Assembly: GCA_951406725.2 (NCBI GenBank)
Contig: OX597828.1
Coordinates: 9,176,001-9,240,000 of the forward strand
Origin: Octopus vulgaris
Taxonomy: Eukaryota
Reading direction: 5' to 3'
DNA length: 64,000 bases
Shown: piece after piece, positions 55,291 through 64,000 of the stretch
How the letters are laid out: each line of letters begins with the position of its first letter
Position numbering within the stretch: position 1 is the first letter of the stretch
The notes under the pieces: generated by a model
Databases searched by the model: none
What the model saw: only the letters and a program-made list of their open reading frames with translations
What the model was told of the DNA's origin: nothing
Position numbers and translations under genes: made by a program

Positions 55291-57122
55291 TTCAATTTAT
55301 TAATAACAATTAACGATCACTGAAAACAAGGCAACAGTATATTGGCAATGATGTAGAACATAGAGAGTTATGGCAAATTTTACACCCATTAAGCAGTGAA
55401 GAAATGTTAGAATCCCATTCGTTCTCATTGTACTATATTCTTCCTTTCTTCATAAGTAATAGTTACAAATATATTCTAAATATTTTCCCTATAAATTTCA
55501 TTCCTTACAAGTTTTGTAGCTAACACTTTTCTTTATCACAAGTTTCACTTCGGGGTTATTCGTGCTGTATGCTTAGTTAAACTCACTTTGAAATCCTTTT
55601 AGATTCTCCTGAGTCACAGATTTATTCGGTAAATATATTTCAAGCTACTTTGTTTATATTTTCTTTTTTTTTATATCCCATTTATCTAATATAACTTATG
55701 TCGTCTAATCACCATTATCTTACTCATCATTGCCATTGTCTGCTATATTTTCCTTCTCCTGTTTCTCTTGTAACAAGGGTTCTGTCTCTTTGATTACCAC
55801 TTAAGATTTAATTCATATATGTATTTTCTTATCTAAAATCGTAAATATATCAATCGGAGATTCAGACAGCTTTCTGTAATCTCGATTAATCTATGTATTG
55901 ACACAAATTCAATTTTGTTCTGTGTCAAGGAAAAAAAAAAGTAGGTAACTGAAAAAATCTGAAAACCTAATCCTGACAGCAAACCAACGCAAAAAAAAGT
56001 GATAAGAAATGCGTTAATAATACCATTTGAAGATTATTTGGGTGTCTGTAGAGCAAAAACATAACTGTTTTAACGAGATGACCTTTTTTGCTATTTTCAG
56101 CCGTCAACAACAGAAGCGCTTTCATTTGATCTCGTCACGTCTATGATATTAGCCGAAGAAAGCAGCTGCCTAGGAATACAGATGCAGAATACCAAACTGA
56201 ATAAACAAACAAATTTAATAAACATCAAGAGACTAAGCCGGTTAAAACATCTGAAAATGGGAAAAAGAGAATAAATATCGGGGCTAAATAACAGTTTGAC
56301 AGCAATCGGAATTATATTGTTATATTATAGTTTCTCATCATGTGATTTTGTAACCCACTGAGAGACATAGATTGAAATACAAGCTACTTGATGGCTGAGT
56401 ATTCTATTCTGTTTCGATTTCTCTTCGAACCTATTTAACTATAGTCACACAATGTTCTTGGAAGAGACACGGTAATCGTAATATCTGGATGATTTAATGT
56501 GCTCAAATTGATGAGAATGTGGAGTTACAGTATCGGGTTCATGTGAATTTCAACAATTGCATCGAACTATACATCACTTATGGAGGAAACTATGTCGAAT
56601 AGAATTATTAAAATATGCATTTTCGCCTATTTATCCCTGGTTCTACTCCCAACCTCACAATACGAGATATCAACTGATGCCCAATCAATTTTTGTATATA
56701 GATGTACCTAAACCAGTATAGACCAGTACTTCATCTGAAATCTTAATTCGAACATTTTACAAAGTGATCGAAAAAATCTTTCAAAAGAAGAAAATCTCTA
56801 AAGTTTCTCTTTCTAGCTTAAGTAAAGTTTAGAGGTACTGTAGCAAAACTGGTCATTCCGTATTAATCTAATGCATACAAAAAGGAATATTATAATTTCA
56901 AAGAAATAAAATAGGGACTTAGAAATGATTGAATGGCTGTGTGTATGTGTGTGCGTGTGTTTGTGTGTGTGTCTGTGTGTGTGTCTGTAAGTGTGCGTGA
57001 GTGTGCGTGTGCATGTGTGTATACGTTCATATATCTACCTGTGCATCTATCTATACATACATACATACGTACATGCACAAACATGAACGCGCAGACACAT
57101 TCACACACACCGGTGTATATGG

Positions 57123-57198
<76 letters not shown>

Positions 57199-57373
57199 AA
57201 TATATATATATAGAGAGAGAGGGGGGGAGAAAGAGAACAATACATGACTATAGACGACTGTTCCACTGTGTAAATGAAACAAGTGTGCGCGCTAAAACAG
57301 TTTCTTTTGAGCTGCAATACTGTATCGAATACAAACTTGAATCCCACTTAGCTACGTTTATATACATATATAT

Positions 57374-57600
57374 AACAATTGCAGTGTGAAAGGTGTTTAT
57401 AAGCCATTTCAGAACACACAAAAACCGTTAGATTCACTAGTGACGAAAATATTTTGAAAAATTAAATTTAGATGTTGAAGTGAATCTAACGGTTTTTGTG
57501 TGTTTCTTAAATGGTTTATAAAGACCTTCCACGCTGCAATTGTTTTCGTTCCAGCACACGATCTCAGATCAGGTCACTTGCCATGCAAGTACATCTCCGT
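57374..57600. mobile_element. Palindromic PLE-type element (arms 57374-57438 / 57479-57544) with HHR 3' half
   Basis: Same family as 13995-14187; gacGAAAatatttt near 57442; flanked by (TA)n. Confidence 0.8.
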
Positions 57601-57619
57601 AATATATATATATATATAA

Positions 57620-57900
57620 TCATTGGTGGTAAGATTTGGCTGTCAGGGAGTAGCTGGATACCTTTTCCTGAAGAGACACAGGACATCGAAATTGCTTGAT
57701 ATATCTGTTAGGACGCCCATAGCAGACGATTGTGATCTGCTAATGAGAAAAATTTCTGTTCTCTTATGCAACATACAATTATATTAGGAGAACGCCATAG
57801 GCGAATATGCCCATTTTTGGCGTTCCAACAAACCATCCACTTGTTAATTTGGAGATAAAGATGGCTTTTTTCTTTAATATTGCTTCTGTCGGTAATAAGC
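57620..57900 (-). mobile_element. Possible LINE AP-endonuclease N-terminal remnant
   Basis: MVCWNA...NIIVCCIREQKF...GKGIQLL resembles 'WNV...I.I.C.QE...GVG.L'. Confidence 0.4.
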
Positions 57901-58734
57901 ACTTTTAATAAGGCAGCTGGCAATTTGCGACATCAATGCCTGAAACGTTACAGCAATTCTACGTATCGATGGCACCGAGACGTTGCTGATATGAGGCGCG
58001 TGGGATCCTTACACAGAAGGGACATTTTTGAAATTCTAGAAAATAAAAAATGTAAAAATATGAAATTGCAGCTTATTTTGTTTAATCATTTCTAATTTTG
58101 AATAGAATTTCGGACTTCGTGACAAAGGTGCAAAACCGTATGGTGTTGTTTACATCAAGATTAAATTTGTTGATGCCTCTGTTAAGGACGTTGTCGTCAT
58201 TATCTTCCATTCGTTTCTTTCTTGTACTGAATTTTATTACCTAATAATCATTTCTTTTGTCATTTGTTCGGAAGATATTAGGGATGGTTAGGCTCCTACT
58301 TACAGAGATTATCCTATTATAATGTCACATATGATAACCATCCATACATGCGTTTGATTTGAAGTTTGCGATGAAACATTCCATTCCTTTCTATGTGTAA
58401 CTTAAAAAAGAAAACTAGTCATAAGCAGGTGATTAGAGGAACTGTTTTGTGCTCGACAAAATAAATAGTATTTACATTTAGCTTTTCAAGTAGAAATATA
58501 ATCGACCTCATATTTCTCGTTTAACCTTCCTTAGTCAATAAAAATGCTATAAAATCTAACAAGTACTAGATTTGTTGAGATTGTAATGGAAGACTTAAGG
58601 ACTTTAATACATTATGAAATTAGGGGACGATATAATGAATTGAAAGTGCTATCGTAAACTGATTAAAGTACAGCACAAATAAGTGGTGATAATCAAAAAC
58701 ACGAAGTCATGTCATGCGGTGATCTTCATCTTAA

Positions 58735-59054
58735 AGACTCCGCCGGTTACGACGACGAAGATCCCAGCTGATACGATCACCGGAACAGCTTGCTCGTGAA
58801 ATTAACGTGCAAATGGCTGAGCATTCCACAGACACGTGTACCCTTAACGTAGTTCTCGGGGATAATCAGCGTGACACAGAGAGTGACAAGGCTGACCCTT
58901 TGAAATACAAGTACAACTCATTTTTGCCAGCTGAGTGGACTGGAGTAACGTGAAATAAAGTGTCTTGCTCAAGGACACAACACGTCGCCGGGAATCGAAC
59001 TCACAACCTTACGATCATGAGCCGAATGCCCTAACCACTAAGCCACGCGCCCTC
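58735..59054 (-). mobile_element. tRNA-derived SINE with 14-bp TSD
   Basis: Head GGGCGCGTGGCTTAGTGG..GAGTTCGATTCC and domain GTGTCCTTGAGCAAGACACTT; TSD gatcttcatcttaa at 58721-58734 and 59055-59068. Confidence 0.92.
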
Positions 59055-61629
59055 GATCTTCATCTTAATGTAGGTAGATAAACATTACCCTTGCTTAACG
59101 CGTAATAGCAAACCTGACGAGTGTTACATAATCAGTATCGGACCTACCATCGTTATAAGACCCAATCATTGCTGTTTGCCTAATTTCCTTCATAGTGATT
59201 ATTTTTAAAAGACAATAATATATTTTTGTAGACTTTAGGTTTCCGAACAGGAAGGTTGTAGATTTTAATATATTAAGGAAATATTTGAACCCAATATTAA
59301 AAGTAGTATAAACAAGTAAGATGCAAATATGCAAATATTTTTGCAACACATCACTTCAGCCTATATATTTTGTTTCCTCATCTCTCCTTTCTCAATAAAG
59401 GATCTCAGTTGTTCACATAACTTCCTACAGTTTAATTGAGCGCTGTATAAATTACAGTTAATTCGACTTGAAAAACGCATATTATGTGAAAGCTTTTGCT
59501 CAATAACTGCCTCATTGACTTCATGCAGATTGCTTCGTATATGAATATCCGTCAATATCATGTTTTGAATACTCTCACCAAGAGATAGAAAGGTTTTCAT
59601 ATCCATTCAACAGCTGCAAGAGCCACAGGTAACTGAATATTTAACAGAAATTGCGATAATCTTAAATATATTCAATATATTTCCCCAGGATTGGAAAGCG
59701 TTTCAATTCATGCTTTTCTTGAACGATTCGCAAATAATTTTCCTAATTCAGTGAATGAAGACACGTAGAAAAATATATTCTTTCAATAAAAAATGCAAGC
59801 AAATGTTGCATTATATTCCACAACACTCCCTACCTAATGCGCCATGCAGCCATTCCATCTTTTAAAAGGACGGTAACTAGCCTGCCTCGAACTGACGATA
59901 TATTTTTCACCTGTAATTACTGATATTTTTTTCTGATATTATCTAGTACTTTCTATTATGTGATGCATTTTCATTGCTGTTCTTTTCCCTAAAATACTGG
60001 TAATCCACGAACAGTTTCGCATATCTGAAATTATATTGCGTCATATGACACGTAAATTTTATTTTTTAGATTATTAGAAAGTGATCTGCAGAGTGAATCT
60101 CAGTGCGATTTATAGGTGAAAGCATGTCATGTAGAAAAATAAAACAGAGCAAATGTAAGTATTAGTGCTCAATGCAGAAGTCGAAGCTGATTGCAAATAG
60201 GAATTTCCTATATAAAGCAAAAATCTCACGTAATCCACCCAAAGCGTATAATGAAGAAGAGTATAGTAAGTACCAAACGCATTGTCTCCGGATGCTTACT
60301 CGAACTCATTGGAATATATTGCAAATTGGAGATTTTACATAGAGACTCTTGGACCATGCTTTTAAAATACGAATGGGAAAATGGATGTATAAACATGCAC
60401 GAGAAATGTTAGATTCTATTTATTCAACTACAAGCAAACAATTTACGATATACAAGAGAAAGCGAAAAAGGGCAAAGTGAAATTCTAAGCTGTGAAATAA
60501 AAGCAAGCATTGAACTTCCGATGTAAATGATTAATCAGCTTGTTCAAACTTAGTAATAAACTGAATAATATAAACTGACCAGGTCTGAGTAAAATTTACG
60601 ATGAAAAATGTTGCATTGTAAAATCTAAATTATCCCCTATATGAATATAAATACCTATTAGAAAATTACGAAATATTGATCCAAGTAACATACAGAGTAT
60701 TCGTAAATGAGGTGAAGAAGTCGGACACATAAAACAGGGCAGGACAAACATGAGAATTGAAGGAAAATCGAACGCCGAAAGTACGATATATAATCCATTA
60801 CGTTATATATAATGAAGACCGACGAAGTATTCAAAGTATTATACTTATGTCCGCACATAAGAAGCATGTGAATATTCGGGACAAAATAGATTTTAAAATA
60901 AACAAACCTTTGAATGAGCACATTGTAATGTGGCAGGAACTTCAAATACATCTATTGCTGTTTCAAAGTAATCAAAAGAATGTGATGTAATATATATTTA
61001 AAACAAATGAAACAGAGTCAAAAGCACTACCGGCTTTTTTATTGTTATATTTATAGAGTGACATAGTCGCAATTATAACCGCGATGTAATCCAACAAGCT
61101 GTCTATTGCATCAGTGAAGATGGAACAAAAAGCAGCTTAATTTGCTGCTAGTGTTCAAAATCAAACCAAAATTTGCGTTGGCCAAATGAACGCTGCTTTG
61201 AAAATATAAATCTCATTTTCATGAGTATATCATTCATAGGTCACAGTCATAAAAGATACATATAAATGATACTAAAAATCGCGAAATGAGAGAAAATATA
61301 AATGGGAATACCCTTGCAAATGTTCGGTAATTAAAAAGACTTGTTTAACAATAAATAAATAATAAAAGGTACCAATTTGTGACAAATGTCCTATTACATA
61401 ATAGAAACATCCTGTTTCATATAATACACGATTATACACTGCAAACAAATGAAAGCATAACAACGAAAATCCACAAATACACAATATATATAACTCATTT
61501 GAAACTGGAAAAAAAAGAGCGAACCAGACATATACTAAGATAGGAGGCACCGAGCATGAAACATACATTTCACCACATCAAAAAGAGAATAAGTCTATTA
61601 AAATCCAAACTAATAATTATGAGAAGATT

Positions 61630-61666
61630 AATAATAATAGTAATAATAATAATAATAATAATAATG

Positions 61667-61759
<93 letters not shown>
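61630..61759. repeat. (TAA)n tract, insertion site of the adjacent LINE
   Basis: Direct reading. Confidence 0.95.
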
Positions 61760-61761
<2 letters not shown>

Positions 61762-64000
61762 CACCCAAACCCGCCCAAACAGGAGTACCACCACCCAAAC
61801 AAACCCTGTGGATAAATAACATCCAAAATAAAATTTAAAAAAATTAGAAAAGACCTGTCGATTCTTAATGAAATCAGCAAACAATCAACGCTACTGAGCA
61901 ACAAAAAGAGAACAAAAATGCTCCGCAAATATAACATCACAGAAAATGATTTGCCGGAGATAAAAGAAAAGCTGAAGCAAGATATCCTTGCCAAAGCTCA
62001 AAGGATCCGCCGGTACGAGAAACGCCAACGCTTCTTTGAACAGAACAAAAAGTTCAACTCCAACCCCAAAAAGTTCTACCAAGAACTGGGAAAAAATAAA
62101 ATAGAAGTCACTGCAGCACCAACGGCAGAAGAACTGGAAGAATTCTGGAGAGAAATATGGTCGGCGAACGAACAGCCAAAAAAAGGAGTATCAAAATAAC
62201 AAACACGGCATCTGAACAACTTTGGACCCCCATAACAACTGAAGAGGTCACCCAGGCACTGCAAAAACTAAACAACTGGAAGGCACCTGGGCATGACAAG
62301 ATCCCCAACTTCTGGTTGAAATATCTAACAGGAATGCACAAAAAGCTGGCTGAAAACTTTAACAGCATACTAGCAGAGCCAGAGACAATGCCTGAATGGC
62401 TCACGAAGGGGAAAACCATCTTAATTCCCAAATCAAATGAAACAGCAAAACCAGAAAACTACAGACCAATAACCTGCCTCCCTACTATGTTCAAGGCATT
62501 TACTGCAGTGATATCGCAAAGGCTGAACAAGCACATGGACGAAAACAAACTGTTCCCAGAAGAGCAGAAAGGATGCCGCAAAGCCTCATATGGCTGTAAA
62601 GATCAACTAATGATTAATAAAGCCGTAACTGAAGACAGCCACAGAAAGAAGAAAGGCCTCAGTATGGCCTGGATTGACTACAAAAAGGCGTTTGATAGCA
62701 TCCCCCACACATGGATCCTCGAAACACTAGCCATTAACAAAGTAGCACCAACAATCATAAAATTCATAGAGCACTCTATGAATAAATGGCAAACAGTCCT
62801 ACACCTCCAAACAAAAGAGGGACTCATGAACACCAAAGACATCCCCATTAGAAGAGGAATATTCCAGGGAGACACGCTCTCTCCACTCCTTTTCTGCTTG
62901 GCACTGTCACCTCTATCTGATATGCTAAATAGAACTGGATGCGGATATAAATGTTACGGCAAAACGATCAGCCACCTTTTATATATGGGTGACCTAAAAC
63001 TATACGCTGCAAATGACAAACAGCTGGAAACACTATTAAAGACAGTTCATGGATTTACCAAAGAAATAGATATGAAATTTGGATTAGAAAAATGCGCCAA
63101 AGTAACCATGAAAAGAGGAAAACTAGTTAAGAGTAACAACATCACACTAGATAAAACCAATGAAATAAAAGAATTAGACCAAAGCCAAACTTACAAATAC
63201 TTAGGAATCCATGAACTAGATAAGACACAACACACACAAATGAAAGAGAAAATAAAAAAGAATATTATAGACGAGTTAGATCAATACTAAAAACAGAGCT
63301 CAAAGCTAAAAACAAGAAAATAGGTATCAACACTTTAGCTGTCCCAGTTATAAGTTACAGCTACAATATCCTTAACTGGACACGAAATGAACTGACCAAA
63401 ATAGATAGGAAAACAAGAAAAATAATGACAGGATCTAGGATGCATCACCCAAAATCTGACATAGAAAGACTATATATACAACGTATAGAAGGTGGTAGAG
63501 GCCTTATACAGCTGGAAAACTACTATAAAATAACCACCATAGGACTGCAAAAATATCTACTTCAGAAGGAAGGAAAACTGATCCAGATAGCAGCAAAACA
63601 CGAGCAAAACAAAAAACTGTTCTCAGTATTTAAGGAAGCTGACAAATACAAACAAGAAATCATACCACCTAATAAACATGAAGAAGAAGAAGAAGATCAA
63701 GAAACAACAAAAGCTATAAAACAAATGAAATCCAAACTAAAAATAGAACAGCAACGAACCATGATAAAACGATGGCAAGAAAAGCCCCTTCATGGTAAAT
63801 ACTGGACTAAACTAAACGCAAAAGAAATAGACAAAGAAAAATCCCAGCAATGGTTGAGAAGCTCAGGACTCAAAGCAGAAACAGAGGGATTTTTAATTGC
63901 AGCACAAGACCAAAGCCTCCCCACCAGAAATTACCAAAAACATGTAATAAAAAGAAATATTACAAGTAACTGCAGAATATGTGGAGATGGACAAGAAACA
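61760..64000 (+). mobile_element. 5'-truncated R4/Dong-like non-LTR retrotransposon (RT pseudogene), runs off the window
   Basis: KAPGHDKIPNFWLK, NYRPITCLPT, WIDYKKAFDS, GIFQGDTLSPLLF, HLLYMGDLK, YKYLG, ELKAKNK..INTLAVP, RMHHPKSD..RLY, AAQDQSL and CRICG. Frameshifts at ~62190 and ~63260. Confidence 0.92.

Noticed and set aside
57668-57691. CTGAAGA...GAAA hammerhead-like core
   Set aside because: Stems are poor and it lies within an apparent LINE endonuclease remnant on the other strand; probably chance.
59095-61570. Short non-repetitive ORFs
   Set aside because: No recognisable domains or consistent frame; may be old transposon or non-coding DNA.

Overview
AT-rich eukaryotic (animal) genomic DNA, not prokaryotic. 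The dense (TA)n/(CA)n/(TAA)n microsatellites and the SINE families suggest a coleoid cephalopod such as Octopus (inference from recalled repeat sequences, not a database search). No intact host protein-coding gene is recognisable, and nearly all listed ORFs are microsatellite artefacts. The window is a transposon graveyard: decayed mariner, Tc1, hAT, piggyBac-like and MULE-like DNA transposons, MITEs, at least three tRNA-derived SINE families (including tandem clusters), CR1-type, RTE and Gypsy remnants, Penelope-like (PLE) GIY-YIG fragments, and a young 5'-truncated R4/Dong-like LINE in a (TAA)n tract at the right edge. The most interesting signal is a set of small non-coding elements embedded in (TA)n tracts. 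They carry minimal type I hammerhead-ribozyme (HHR) motifs of the Penelope/retrozyme kind with non-canonical cores (U3-A8, G3-C8, U3.G8, recurrent U4C). They often occur as long fold-back palindromes, and one is a ~360-bp circularly permuted unit. Local inverted duplications are unusually common. All calls were made by eye; boundaries of decayed elements are approximate.
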